Made by a program: the position numbers and the translations under genes. 56,060 nucleotides of DNA, from positions 1 through 56,060 of the forward strand of contig LVLI01000362.1 of the NCBI GenBank assembly GCA_001687465.1. The letters run 5' to 3'. Source of the stretch: Halocafeteria seosinensis. Its lineage: Eukaryota. The notes beneath the pieces are model-generated. The model was not told the DNA's origin. It did not search any database and worked only from the letters and a program-made list of their open reading frames with translations. Of the stretch, positions 35,382-47,868 are shown in pieces. How positions within the stretch are numbered: position 1 is the stretch's first letter; every line of letters starts with the position of its first letter.

Positions 35382-37020
35382 AATTGCTTCTTTTTATTAT
35401 CCGGAGGCTTTCTTCCCAAAGAAAAAATCCCACTCACTGCATCATAATGACATAACACACACACTGTGAAAGCCGAAGTAGCAGCTCAACAAAATCTGAG
35501 TCTCCCATGGCACAACAGGGATATAGAAAAACCATGAGAGAAACCGAGTTAGACCACGTCCACCCTTGCATCTATCTACGATCGGTGCCAATAGATCTTG
35601 TATACCCAAGCCAATGGATAGCATTGAATAGGTTCGAAGCCTTCGTTGGTTGGCTCGAATATCTCGCTGCCTCTTTATCAAGGCACGACTCCTCCATTTC
35701 CACTCGCTTACAATTTCTCAATGACGCGGTATACCCCATACAGGTGATCATATCAGCAGCATTTAGACGAAAACAGTGCATTACAGTGGCCTGTACAGCT
35801 CTAGGGGCCTGGAATACCCTTCCCAACAACTCCCCTTTGTTTGTCCCCTTATAGCGGCGTCCTACCCCTTTTTGTAGTTTTCAGGCCCCGGTGACACCCA
35901 GCAGCGCGTTCGAGTCCAATACAGCCTCCATGCACTCATACTCTGGACGAGACACAAGATAAGGCAATAGTCTACCATATCGACAGATTCTTACCTTTTA
36001 CGAGAGGATTACACACACAGACAATGCGACTTGCTCTCTTCCGGGTGGGGCGCTATACGGTCCCTCGGGAAAAAAAGTGGGCGAAATGTTTGTCGTTTTA
36101 GTAGAGGGTGCGAGCTTCACAAACCTTACGCGAACTTCGTCGCGAAGGCTTGAGACCTCTAAAGTTCTAGGAGGAAAGTCAACCTTTCTCAAGAGGATTG
36201 CAGGTCCCCGAGGGGAAATGTGGGTATGAAGGAGAAATAGCAGAAAGAAAACAAAAAGCGAGGCGTATAAAAGACAACACCGAATGCTGTTGTTGCACAC
36301 TGTTGGACGTAAAAAAAGTTGTCAGACACACGAGCCTGCAAACAAGGAGCCATGGCTTCTGCCGCGAGTGAGGAGGACACAGAAATGACCAATGATACGT
36401 TGGAGCCTCCAGTGTGTCTCTACAGAAAGGCACTGGGGCACGGTGTCGTCCCAAACGAGGAGAGGCGAAGTCAAAGCTTCGATCTATTCACTGGGAAGGA
36501 GGAAGAGTTAATGTCATGGTGAAGTATTTGAGAGGCAAATTATGCATGGAAGAGCTTACGCGGAGAAGTATGGATGCTGGTTCGTTGCAAACCGATTCTC
36601 TGAATCGTTTGGGTAAGGAAAGGCCTTCGCCATCCTTGCACTGTATTGCGGGATTGAGCATGACGCGGCTCCCAGGAAGGAAAGTGCCAAAACCAGAGCA
36701 TTTGTATTCGTACTAAGTATTGATAAAACAGACTCGCCCAAAGTTGTTTCCGAAATATCCGACAAGAATGACATAGGGAGTATTACCAGATCAGATTTCA
36801 CACTGGAGAATTTCCTGGCGGAACCCTTCAATCCCACACCAGACAGAGTCTGCATTGCCGTAGCAAATCAGGAGGGCATTATTCTCCAGCACAGTTTCTG
36901 CAGAATCTGATGGCAAAGACTCTTTCTTGGAGGAAAACAGTGTCTGCGGGGATGGTCACGCTCTCGAGTTCAAACAAGACGAAGATCCAGACAAACAATG
37001 GCACTATTTTCTGCGCATCC

Positions 37021-37165
37021 ACACACATATGTGACAGATAGCCCACCGGCCGGGGAGTTTACCGCATCCTCTTAACGAGGAGCGGTATGCGCCCGTGTTA
37101 AGCAGCGACGGGCCCACTGTTGCTGCGCCGTGAGGGAACACAACACTGGTTTTGCTCAGGAGGCA
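37021..37165 (-). mobile_element. Retroposon copy D (longest), with 3' stem-loop and short TG tail
   Basis: Reverse complement ...cataccgctcctcgttaagaggatgcggtaaactccccggccggtgggctatctgtcacatatgtgtgt. tctgcgca occurs near both ends (possible TSD). The 5' boundary is uncertain. Confidence 0.65.
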
Positions 37166-37406
37166 TCTGCGCAATAGGGAAAGATTGACAGCGCAGGACT
37201 TCTTGCGTGAATGCGTACCTATAGAGCGACAGCTGAGGAAGCCCCCGAGCTCAAAAGAACGGGGACGACGTTTAGATGAAGCAGGCTCCCCAAATTCAGA
37301 TGATGCTACTAACGAAGGTGGTAGTCATGGTGATCAAAGGGAAGGTAATACAGTCAAGATGATGAAGGAGACAGCAGCATAGAGTTTCAGTATCCTAGAA
37401 GCACTG

Positions 37407-37577
37407 CTCTAGGAAGCAGAAAAGACGGTATAGAGTACACGTACGTCGAGGAGAATTCATCCTAGCTACTCTAGGAAGCAGAAAAGACGGCATAGAGTAC
37501 ACGCACGTCGAGGAGAATTCATCCTAGCTACTCTAGGAAGCAGAAAAGACGGCATAGAGTACACGTACGTCGAGGAG
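37407..37577. repeat. 62-bp minisatellite, about 2.8 copies
   Basis: ctctaggaagcagaaaagacggYatagagtacacgYacgtcgaggagaattcatcctagcta starting at 37407, 37469 and 37531. Confidence 0.95.
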
Positions 37578-38784
37578 GCTTTTTCATACACCTTGTTCTC
37601 TCTCTGTTCTTGCACTGCTTCGAGATAATCGACGTACTGCAAGAGGCGAATATTTCACTTCCAGCTGACGACAGGTTTGCTACTGTTGAATCCTTTTGCA
37701 AGTTCCCTTAATATGCAGAGATGTGGTTGTTTCGCTTTGTCCGCAATTTGGTAGACGATGAAAGCGTTAAGGAAGCAATCCCACTTATCCCCATGCTGTA
37801 TCACGTTGAACAGCGGATCCAAGAGGATTTAAGCGGAATAAAGGATCCGAAAGCGTGGGAACATTTGGAAGGACGTGAAAGTTTGAGCCACTGTGAAATG
37901 CGCAAAACACAGGAATCCATTGAGAAGAATGTACTTCTGAGTGAAACTTCGACCGCTGATTATTTTCTCTCGGACAAGAGGCCCACAAGCAGTCCGGGAG
38001 TTGTTGGCTAAGGATGTTCAGCTCGTAGAAAACATAAAAAGCTGTTGCCGAAACTACCGAGATAAGCATGAACAATTACTGCAAGCTTTTAACGGTGTTC
38101 TGCGATATTTATTGAGCTCGTAGGATTAGAGTAGCAATGAAAAACAAAAACGTAACGCTTCCAGAAGAATGCTTGTCTCACGGAGTGGCACTCTTAACGC
38201 CCGAAATACTCCAGTCAAATCAGTACCTACTCGTTTATCCTGAGGGCCATACTTAGGACGCGGTATGGGACTAACAGTTAAATTCCGGTTACGCGACTTA
38301 AGGTCGACTTCTAGCAAACCCATCTTTCCTAACTCGAACCTTTTCTTGATTGGCCTGTCTCGATTTTTGGTCTCGATACTTGTCCCAGCCCTTGCTCCGA
38401 AATATTCTGACCATCCGGTAGACGACCTCCGTAAGTCCTTCGTTGCAGATTCTTGACAAGTTCGGGAATGTCCGGTCCGGAAATTCGCATACAGTAGTCA
38501 ATTAATGGCTGGTTCATATTATGCGAGATCACTAGACTTCCTGTGTTGTTTGGCAGGATTCTTGGCGATCCTGTTGTTTTTCATAGAAAGCACAAAAGGC
38601 TCTGTCTTTTGGATACAGTTACAGTTATCTGTTCCATTCTGCTACAAGTAGAGTCGAGAGGTCGCCATATCTAGAAGGGTTTATTTAAAGTGGTTCTAGG
38701 GTGCGTGACCAGGTGAATTCAGGTTTAATGCATTGGCATTAATGATCGACGTAATTTGCTCCGTGTATTGGGTTTTGTGGTGGT

Positions 38785-40707
38785 ATGGCGAACACGATGG
38801 CGGCTTCGACGCCAGGAACGACTCGCAAAATTACGGAAACACGAACATGGAGCATGCCAGGGCGCAGAAGTCCCGTCATGGGGACACACGGGTGTGTGAG
38901 CTGCTCTCAGCCTTTGGCCTCCGAGATTGGCTACAGGATCCTGACGCAGAAGAATGGAAATGCTGCGGATGCTGCGATTGCAATGGCGGCTGCTCTGAAT
39001 GGTACGTACTGTACGTCATGCGCAAAACGCAACGCAGAAGCAAAGTTGCTATGCAAGAGTTGGTATCGATGCAGTACTGGAACCTGTGAGCACTGGAATA
39101 GGTGGAGATTGTTTCGCTTTGTACTATAACGCTCGCACTAAGACTGTGGAAGGGCTCAATGGAAGTGGACGCAGTCCACAAAGTTTAACATTGGAGAAGG
39201 CGAGGAAAGACTGCCTAGGGCTATCAACCCCCTCGACTTCGTCGAATGATCCCAGTCTTGAAGGAAACGGTGAAGAGATGGATCCGCATCATATTCACTC
39301 AGTTACGGTACCTGGAGCCGCAGCTGGATGGGTGGACACCATCGACAAATGGGGCTCCCTCTCGCTAGCAGAAGTGCTCCAACCAGCCATAGACCTGGCC
39401 AGAGAGGGATTTCCTGTCAGCCCCATCACGGCCCATTCCGTACGTATACGTATTCTATCCTTGCAGATTTTGACATGCAGACATGATATTCGGTTTCTGT
39501 GTGATGAGCGCAGTGGAAAAACCAGGTTGGACTCCTTAAGAAGGGTCCTTACCCTGAAGCATTGCTGATCAAGGACAGTCATACGGGTGAACTAAGAGCT
39601 CCTCAAACTGGAGAGCTGATGATCAATAAAGACCTAGCTAGAACTTTTGAAGCGCTCGCACAGTATGGAAAAGATGGTTTCTACAAAGGGGAGGTTGCAG
39701 AGCGAATTGTAGAGCTCGTACGAGGTGAAGGTGGATGCTTAGACTTCGCAGATCTTGAAGCTCATGACTCGGAAAGTGTAGACCCTATTTCCGTTGATTA
39801 TAAAGGACTCACAGTTTGGGAGATACCTCCGAATGGACAAGGTCTGACTGCTTTACTTGCTCTCAAGATCCTAGACAGTGGCCAGTGCCCGATTCGGCTC
39901 GCTAGCGAGCCTCTGGGGGATTTTCCCTCTGCTGATGACTTCCACGCAATGATTGAATCAATTCGCTTGGCATTTTCTGACACGAGATACTATTGCACGG
40001 ATCAAGAGAAAGTCAGTGTCCCCGTTCAGGAGTTGCTAAGTGACGAGTATGCGGCTCAGCGTGCGCGTCACATTGATAGGTTCCAGGCGAAACATCCAAA
40101 CAAAGGGTATCCTGCTAACAGCTGCGATACTGTCAGCTTCCAAGTCGTCGACAAGGATGGTAACGCTATGTCCTTCATCAACAGCAACTACATGGGGTTC
40201 GGTTCGGGTCTCATCCCGAGAGGTTGTGGATTTACACTGCAGAATCGTGGGCATAATTTTTCTCTTTCGCCGGGTCATCCGAATCAGCTGCAACCTCGAA
40301 AAAGGCCTTACCACACCATCATACCGGGGATGCTAACTGAAAAGGATAGTAAGAATGGTCAGCATCAATTGTTTGCAACTTTCTCTAACATGGGTGGGTT
40401 TATGCAACCTCAAGGCCATGTTCAACTAGTTCACGGTCTGCGTAACATGCTTTACGAGCCACAAACGGCGCTGGATGCACCAAGGTTTTGCATTCCGGAT
40501 GGTACTCCGGATGGTTCTGTTTGTTTGGAACGAGGCACGCCTCAATCAGTTGTTGATGAACTTCGTCGACGGGGACACGATGTCGTCGTAGTGGATGGTT
40601 GGGAACGCCAAGTGTTTGGACGTGGCCAAATCATCATGCGGAATAAGAATGGAGTCTTATGGGCAGGGAGTGACGGCAGAGGTGACGGGTGCTCTATAGC
40701 ATATTGA
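38785..40707 (+). CDS. ggt: Gamma-glutamyltransferase family Ntn-hydrolase (exons 38785-39001, 39075-39439, 39514-40707)
   Basis: RRSPV..SQPLAS..GNAADAAIA..EPVSTGIGGD..TVPGA..EIPPNGQG. Autocleavage nucleophile Thr in CDTVSFQVVD. Also LQNRG, KRPYHTIIP, MGGFMQPQG and SDGRGDG. Confidence 0.93.
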
Positions 40708-42047
40708 CGCTTGGGTGGAAATCAGTCGCACCTACACGACTGTCTCGCTGGAGAGTTTTCCCCTTATTAACAGGAAGGTTATGATGCGAGACTGTGGCTG
40801 GACACGCTTTGCACTAAATGGGGCACCTCTTCGCTTCGCGGTTAGGTGGCGGTTGTGTTTGAGAACGGATTGGAATTCATGACGAGGAGGATTGGGTCGG
40901 AACTGTCGGCCCGCAGGACACAAATAGGTTGCGAACGTACATCCACATTGTCTTGTTGAATGCTGCCAAGCATGGAACGTCGACGGAGTCCTGTTTCCTT
41001 TCGTCACTATCGTTCCGTCGCCAGTGCGATTCGCTACTCAGCTATCGTCGAGCTACGGATCGTCGACTTGGAAGTTTGCTTGGCAAATTGCGACGGATCT
41101 TTCTTTGTCGCATAATCCCCGTGGTTGCTCTTCGTGGGGTAAGCACAGGTCGCCCGCAAAGTCCCCATATGCACGTCGGTATTAGTCGCACAATACACGA
41201 GGTGTTTTTCCTGCTGTTCTGGAGCCATTGTAAGAGCACTGATCTGGTTCGCCAGTGTGCTCTCGTTACGCGACCACGCCTCTTTGTCCAACCAGTAAAC
41301 TACCCAATGGTTCTCATTCTTCGTAGCTCGTAAGTACATGGTACTTGTACAAAAGCGGATTTCTATTCCATAAGCATTTTTCATTAAAATTCCAAAGTCC
41401 AAGGAGGACATGCGGGTCAAATTAGGCCGGATACGTGGGACCCGGCGTGGTGGTGCTAAGTGGCTCGGGTGAGTCGCGTCGAGCCATCCAGGTCAAAAAG
41501 CCTTTGGGGTCTTGTTTTACGACGTGATTAATGCCCCGTACCGGTAATGTGCCGAGCTTCCACTCTCGACAACACACATCTAGAAGTGGAAAATACCACG
41601 GAGGTCCAGTACATTATCTAAACAAGTTTGCTTTCAATTTTTAAGCTATTAGCTCGGCGGGCATCCTCTGCCGCGTCGCTCCCCAGTTCAACTTGAGGAA
41701 GTTGATAAACCTTGGATTATCCATTTTACATCGTTTAGTGGGTCGGAATTGGATGCATTCCAATTTAGTGTGTCAGTATACTGGTTCGCTTCCCCTTGGC
41801 GTTGGGGGCCTCCTTGTATACGCCCAGAAAAGTGTAAAAATCCTGATTTTAGGGGCTCTCGTTTGGATTTTTTCTTGTTTTTTTGAAGAAAACCTTTCCC
41901 GTTTTAAGGCCATTAACGGCGTATTGAGGACGACTATGGTCCGTGCTCCTTCCCTCCACTTCGAGCAACTGCCATTGATTCGTCCGAGCGAGCAGCAAGA
42001 AACCGAGGTGGTGGCGGTGGAGGTCTTCGGTTCGACGAAATCCGTCA

Positions 42048-44628
42048 ATGGGCTCTCTGGCTTCTCGGCTCCCTGAAAGTTCCCCTTCAGAAAAACAACA
42101 AAAAGCATCGGGGTACGACCCACGCCCCTCTCGAGAGAGCCGGACAGGAATCGTGAGCAAATATTTACCGTTGAGTTCGAAAATGAGTAAAAACAGCGAG
42201 GACGGCGGCACAATGTTTCGTTCTTCGAGCCGTCAAGCGGCGGATAAAGCCCGCATGGCGCTGATATCGACGAATGGCTCAAATCATAATCGTGCTTCGA
42301 CGTTGACACGAAACCACCGGGAAAATCTCAAAAATCACACAACGACTGCAACAAAAACTAACAGTGGGTTCCACCCAAAGTATCGGAATCAGAAAAAGGA
42401 TGAACCACCCATCACGGTGGAACTTCCTCGAGACTCACCCAAAAACCGAGCCCAACGGCAACATGAACATAATCCCCAACAACTGCCCTCCTCGGAAACT
42501 GCGAATCACAGCAACAGAAAGCGAGGTGCTTCCAGTTTGGAGTGCTCTAGTGGAAACCCGGAAGAACCAGCGAATGGCCAAGGAGCGGCACAATGGAAGC
42601 GAATGAAAACCTCACTCGCCTCTCGGAATACCCTTGATAACAGACGGAGCAGGTACGACTTACCAAGTCAAGTGGATACACCTTCATGGCGGGTTGTAGA
42701 AGAGAATGATAGTAAGCTCACTACGAAAGCTTCAGAATTCCGAAGGAACCATAAGGATTCATATATAAAATCTCACGACATGGACCCAATGTTAGACAGC
42801 TTGTCATACGATGCGGACAGTGATGACGAGCGCTTTTTATCAACTTTGGGGGGGAAGAGCTCTAGTAGTGGCGCATCCAGTAGCAATAAGCGGCGTGGAG
42901 TTAACGCATGGCCTACCATAAACTCATCTAAACACAAGATGCTTACCTTGGAGTGTTACGAAGCAATTATTGAGGCGTTAGAAGCTCGATCCAATCATTT
43001 GGAGCAGAAGAGGAGAGCTCGAACGACCGAAGAACAGATCTATAAAGAACTTCGAAAAGCCGCACGGAAGACATTATGGTTGCTTAACGTCATGGCAGCC
43101 CACAACTCAACGCATGGCTCGAAGCCGAATTCAAAAGGCAAATATAAAAGAAACGAGCTGCAGGACTTTGACCTCGACGACATCCCAGGATCCCCACAGG
43201 CATTTGTGAACGTTGGTCGACCTGGAGATTCAGTAAAGCGGTCGAAAAAAAGGAAAGAAAAGCAGCAGAGGGGCACAAGCAACCATCCATTCATAGGTAC
43301 ACCTTCGTGGGTTGAACTTAGGACAACGTGTGCGAAAATTGCGCGCTCATTGGCGCCTGAGTCCATGGGTGGAGACAACCGTCCCAGCAAAAACATGGTC
43401 AGCTTAGTGAAAGAGCTTAACAAGAAGACTACTGCTGCTTGGGAACGTTCTCGTGAACCCACGTCGTCTTCTCGTTGTTCGTCAGATCCGGCCTCGTCTT
43501 CGGAAAGCGAGGAAAGCAACAGTGAATCGGAGGCCGAAAGCGGTAGTGGTAGTGAATCAGAAAGCGAGTCATGTTCGTCAGATAGTGATACTTCCCACAA
43601 AGGGGAAAACTATAAGGGCACCGGCGAACCGCTGGCTGTTTGGAACATGTCAGACTCCCAAGGAGTTTCTGTGATTCGACGGGCATATGGAAGATGGCTA
43701 GAACGACCTGGTGTACCAAACAAGAAAAGCATGTTCCCTCGAAGGGTGGAAAGGGAAGTGGCAAAACTGATCCTCTCTCACTGGAGGAGTCGGAGGGAGG
43801 AGATGAACGGAATATCATTACTGCGTGCTTATCAAGGAACCTCAATTGAACAACATCAGTCAGAAGATTTAAATGAGGATTCGCGAAATGCATATCTTAT
43901 TGGGAATGATGATCCTGGTGAATACAATTACAGTGCAAGCAGTAATGCTAACGCTGGAGTGGCATCACAAGAGGAAATTACGGAGGCTCAGGCAATCAAT
44001 ACTGCGGCGGAGCTTATATACTTGAAACACCTGCGCAATAATCTAGAGCGAGCTCGCACCCTTTTAGATTTGGCTGGCCGGCGAGAACGACTTAAAGAGT
44101 CTCTGGACGAAAAACGTGTGCATGAGTTAAAACGATATTTAGGATGCATAGCCAGCGGAATTTCCAGGGCAGATGCGTCGAAGTTATACAACATGGTCTT
44201 CGAAGAGGGCGATGATGTAGGAGAAAATCCGTCACAACAGAAGAGTCAAAGCAGCAGCGCTGCCCCAACGGAAATAAAGAAGAAAAAGGCTGAACCTCTC
44301 AAGCAGCAGGCACCCAAGAATGCTGCTGGCAAGAAGCCACCAGTACATGATGGTAAAGTCAAATTTCCATCGCAGTTTTATCGTACATGGACATTTCAGG
44401 TATGTGGCAGTTTGACATTATATTTCTTTTGTTTTCACTCGGATTCACTGATGTCTACGTATTGTCTTCGTAATGCAGGAAGACGAGAAACTCATACAAG
44501 GAGTAAAGCGTTTCGGCCCGAGTAACTGGAAATCAATAAGGGATTGGGCCGGTAAGCTATTAGAGCAAAGGAGTTCAGCCCAGATGTACAAGCGCTATCA
44601 GCGTCTCCGGAACCATAATCAAGTTTAA
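42048..44628 (+). CDS. Enhancer-of-polycomb/BRPF-type chromatin scaffold with C-terminal Myb/SANT domain (intron 44400-44478)
   Basis: YDADSDDERFL, ECYEAIIEALE, SHWRSRRE..SLLR and LRNNLERARTLLDLAGRRERLK (EPC-I/II motifs). Spliced tail WTFQEDEKLIQGVKRFGPSNWKSI..RSSAQMYKRYQRL. Confidence 0.75.
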
Positions 44629-44703
44629 CTCTTTGGGGTTGAATATACGTTCATAATGTCACATGTTATTCGCACAAGTGTTATCGCCCGTCACTCTTAC
44701 ACC

Positions 44704-47700
44704 TCATTTCTTCGTACCACCTCCACGCGTAACACCTTGTCGAGCCATCTGATTAACGCTAGCTTGCTGACTCTCCAGCAGCTGTTGCATTTCCTTAGCC
44801 TTTTCTTCGCGTTCTGCCTCCCTCTCTGCTCGCTCCTGGTCACGCACACGGGTGAGATACTGTGCATCCAATCGAAGCTCTCTTGCAGCACCTCGCTGTT
44901 CTCGCTTAACAGCGCGCTGGAGTGCGCGAACTTCCGCTTTCCTGTGCTGACTGTTAGTCGCGCTTGGTGGCAATTTCCCAGGAGCAAAGTTCTCGTCAAT
45001 TTCCGGCTCAAAAGTTTTGATTGGTACAGGTTGATCACGTTTCGCTTGCATCCGTATAGCACCGCGGATAGTCTTAGCAGTGTTGCAAGCGGCTTTGACT
45101 TGTGACAGTGTCGTTGAATGGATCTCCTGCAAATTTGGATTCGCCAATGAGCTCGTGTCAACAAGATTCAATATGCGCGACACCAGATCTAAACATTCGA
45201 CGATCCCAGGATTGTGCCTGTAATTTTCCGGATCATGTGGAAAGGATCCAGCTACGATGCTTTGCAATAGCTTGTATGAGCTACCAACAATACCTGCAGC
45301 AACACTAGATGCTCTTTCAGAGGATACTGGGGATTCTCTATGCCAAGTGGCCACCACGTCAATTGGCATCGTTATGTCACCGCGTGGATTATCATTATTC
45401 TGGTGCATCGCTAGTGCCCACAACCAGGGGAGGGGCCGAAACAAAGTATTTTTTCCGTGACTGCGGCGTGAACGATTTTTCTTTGAATGAGATACTTGGA
45501 CTCTCTGTCGGAACTTTCCTTCTTTGGGATCAAATGCGAATGTAGGCAAGCTGATATGTAGTCCATGCTCTTCCCGTTGCTCGGGAGAGGCAATGCAACA
45601 GAAAACACAGTAGAGCCAAGTCATTACCTCTGGGGCTATCCGGCCACCTGGAACAGTTAGCTCTGTCAGCAGTGTGGCACAAACAGTGCCATGCGCCAAA
45701 TCGCGCAATGTGATCACAGGCGTATATGAGAGGGCTTGTCCGAGGAGCAGAGCAATTGGGGTGATAATTGGATGCTGGAAATCAGTAACCGAAAACATCC
45801 AAGATGCCACTTTCATCAGCAATAATTCTCCCCAAGTCGGCCAAGCAGGATGTACCCCGCCTCGAGCGTAAAAATCTGAAGTAGATTCATTCGAATCTGG
45901 TACGGTTTGCAAGGAAGGATGGCCTCGTGGAAGCGCTAGGGACAATCTGCTGAAAATCTTCCGGAGAATCGTTTGCCAGATTTCTACACATTCAAGTGTA
46001 AATTTCTGGGTCAGTTTAAATAAGAACGGAAATGCACTTTCCGCGTGATGAAAGTGGCTAGAGTAATTACTGCTCAGTCCCTTGTGTCGATCGACTCGTT
46101 GAACTCCATCGGTGAACGCTATATACTCAAGCAAAATCTGGTACCATGTGAGGAGCTGCCCTTTATTTGTCGGCTTGATCTCAACTGCGTTTGAAGCATG
46201 AACACGCCGTATCAGCTCTCGAAGCGATTCTTTGCTCAACGTTACACTGTCGTTGTCATTCACGTCAGCGCAATGCCGACGGACAAGTTCTAACCAATCA
46301 AATAACGAGCTTGGACATTCAAACGTGTACGGCATTTCTACCTTTTCCCGCGGAATACGTGAATGTTTTCTATGCGACGTTTCTGCGACGTCCTCTAATT
46401 CAGAGTGAGTGGAGGCCTTAAGTAGGGACGCCCCCTGCTCTTCTTCGTCTTCGATGTCACTTCCGTTTCCAACTCCGACGTTACCATCTTCCTCGTCGTC
46501 TTCCTCCTCTTCTTCCTCTTCCTCCTCACTCGCTGCTTTGGTATCTGTGTCTTGTGCGGACACGCTAGAAGGTGTTTGCGATTGCCTTCCTGAAATGTTG
46601 GTGAGTGTCTGGGAATTCCATTGGATTTTACCCCCTAGAGTAAGTGAGCGCTCGTTTCTGTCTTTTTCCTTTTCGTCAACAGGGTCATCCAAGGAGGCGT
46701 CTGTGTATGAACTATCCATACTCATTCGCTGTTGCCTTAGTGTTTCAAGTTCCTGCAATCTTTGTAGCTCCTCCCGCGCTAGTTCCTCGTCAGTCTTCGT
46801 ACGGTCTGTGGCTCTTGCAGCCCGGCTTTCAGTAGCCAAGATATTTACAAGTTCGTCATAATCATCTACTTCTTCTCCTTCAGTGATGCCATGTCTTCCC
46901 TCCGCTCTCTGTCTTTTCTTCGGAAGCCCTTTCTCTTCGGCTTCTGCCCCTTCGGCGCTTCGTTTCGAACCAGAGCGTCTGCTATTCTGTTCACTTTCAC
47001 TGGCATTATCTTCATTATCTTGCTGTTGTTCTTCCCGTTCATTCTGTTTTACGTCCTTGAGTTTTTTACCCACTGGTTCCCGGTTGGCCCTCTTATCCGT
47101 GCGTTCTTCTGGCTGCAAGAGTTGCTGGACTTCATCTAGTTGGCTGTCCAATGTTTCCAACTGCTGTTGCTGCTGTAATTTTTCTTGCCTCTTCATTTCC
47201 TTATAATGCTTGCTTTTTTCTATAACTTCTGCCATAATTTCACGATGCGTGCGTTTTCGTTCCGCTGCTCCTTCGTTCTGGGGTCCTCCAGCGTCAGCTT
47301 CATGACTTTCAGCGTCACCCCCACCGAAATGGAGCTGCTCCACCACGTGCGAATCTAAACCCTCATCATCTCCTCCGTAATTGTTATAAAAATCATCCTT
47401 ATCCGAATTTGTCACGGTGGCGTCACCAAGTGCACTGCCGGCATGGGTCAAAACATCATTATCCCCCTGCTGGAAGTGCTGCCCTTCCAGATTGAATTTC
47501 GCTGCTTTGCGCAGTTGTTTCGCACGCTCTTTCTGAAAGCGCTTCAACATCTTCTCCTCTTCTGTCATCATCTTACCCTCCTTTTTCTTGCTTGGAATGG
47601 GTTCTGAAGACGCTCCCAGGCGTTTATCTTGGAAAACATTGGCTTTATGCTGCCGTTTATACTCGGGCAGAAGCTGCTGATCGCGTCGCTCGAGAGCCTT

Positions 47701-47868
47701 CTTGCGTGCGAAGGCTACATTGCGCTCTGCACCCTTGGTGCGCTTGCCCATAATGGTCTGGGCGTTCTTTTTCGTGGCATTATGTCTGGTTTCAAATGGA
47801 TTTTCGGATGGGGTTTTCTGGCTTTGACCCCCTGTTTTGCCTCCTTTTCGTTTATTTTTACCTCCCAT
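44704..47868 (-). CDS. NOP14: Nucleolar protein 14 (SSU processome)
   Basis: NPFE, GKRTKG, KANVFQDKRLG, EEKMLKRFQKER, LTHAG, HFGGG, EIMAEVIEKSK, RARATDRTKT, FSVTDFQHP and KREQRGAARELRLD. Confidence 0.93.
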   Translation of the reverse strand: MGGKNKRKGGKTGGQSQKTPSENPFETRHNATKKNAQTIMGKRTKGAERNVAFARKKALERRDQQLLPEYKRQHKANVFQDKRLGASSEPIPSKKKEGKMMTEEEKMLKRFQKERAKQLRKAAKFNLEGQHFQQGDNDVLTHAGSALGDATVTNSDKDDFYNNYGGDDEGLDSHVVEQLHFGGGDAESHEADAGGPQNEGAAERKRTHREIMAEVIEKSKHYKEMKRQEKLQQQQQLETLDSQLDEVQQLLQPEERTDKRANREPVGKKLKDVKQNEREEQQQDNEDNASESEQNSRRSGSKRSAEGAEAEEKGLPKKRQRAEGRHGITEGEEVDDYDELVNILATESRAARATDRTKTDEELAREELQRLQELETLRQQRMSMDSSYTDASLDDPVDEKEKDRNERSLTLGGKIQWNSQTLTNISGRQSQTPSSVSAQDTDTKAASEEEEEEEEEDDEEDGNVGVGNGSDIEDEEEQGASLLKASTHSELEDVAETSHRKHSRIPREKVEMPYTFECPSSLFDWLELVRRHCADVNDNDSVTLSKESLRELIRRVHASNAVEIKPTNKGQLLTWYQILLEYIAFTDGVQRVDRHKGLSSNYSSHFHHAESAFPFLFKLTQKFTLECVEIWQTILRKIFSRLSLALPRGHPSLQTVPDSNESTSDFYARGGVHPAWPTWGELLLMKVASWMFSVTDFQHPIITPIALLLGQALSYTPVITLRDLAHGTVCATLLTELTVPGGRIAPEVMTWLYCVFCCIASPEQREEHGLHISLPTFAFDPKEGKFRQRVQVSHSKKNRSRRSHGKNTLFRPLPWLWALAMHQNNDNPRGDITMPIDVVATWHRESPVSSERASSVAAGIVGSSYKLLQSIVAGSFPHDPENYRHNPGIVECLDLVSRILNLVDTSSLANPNLQEIHSTTLSQVKAACNTAKTIRGAIRMQAKRDQPVPIKTFEPEIDENFAPGKLPPSATNSQHRKAEVRALQRAVKREQRGAARELRLDAQYLTRVRDQERAEREAEREEKAKEMQQLLESQQASVNQMARQGVTRGGGTKK

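Larger units (their letters stand above)
36352..38123 (+). pseudogene. Probable decayed gene, interrupted by stops, a retroposon insertion and a minisatellite
   Basis: Chain of protein-like short ORFs (MASAASEEDTEM..., ...LFRFVRNLVDDESVKEAIPLIPMLYHVEQRIQEDL...) broken by stops and frameshifts. No family recognised. Confidence 0.3.

Noticed and set aside
35885..35930. gttcgagtcc B-box-like motif suggesting a tRNA
   Set aside because: No T-stem, acceptor stem or A-box could be built.
37407..37577. Regularly spaced repeats resembling a CRISPR array
   Set aside because: The whole 62-bp units are identical apart from two substitutions; there are no unique spacers and no cas genes, and the context is eukaryotic.
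40732..41420. Short ORFs downstream of GGT
   Set aside because: Stop-riddled, no recognisable motif or consistent splice model.
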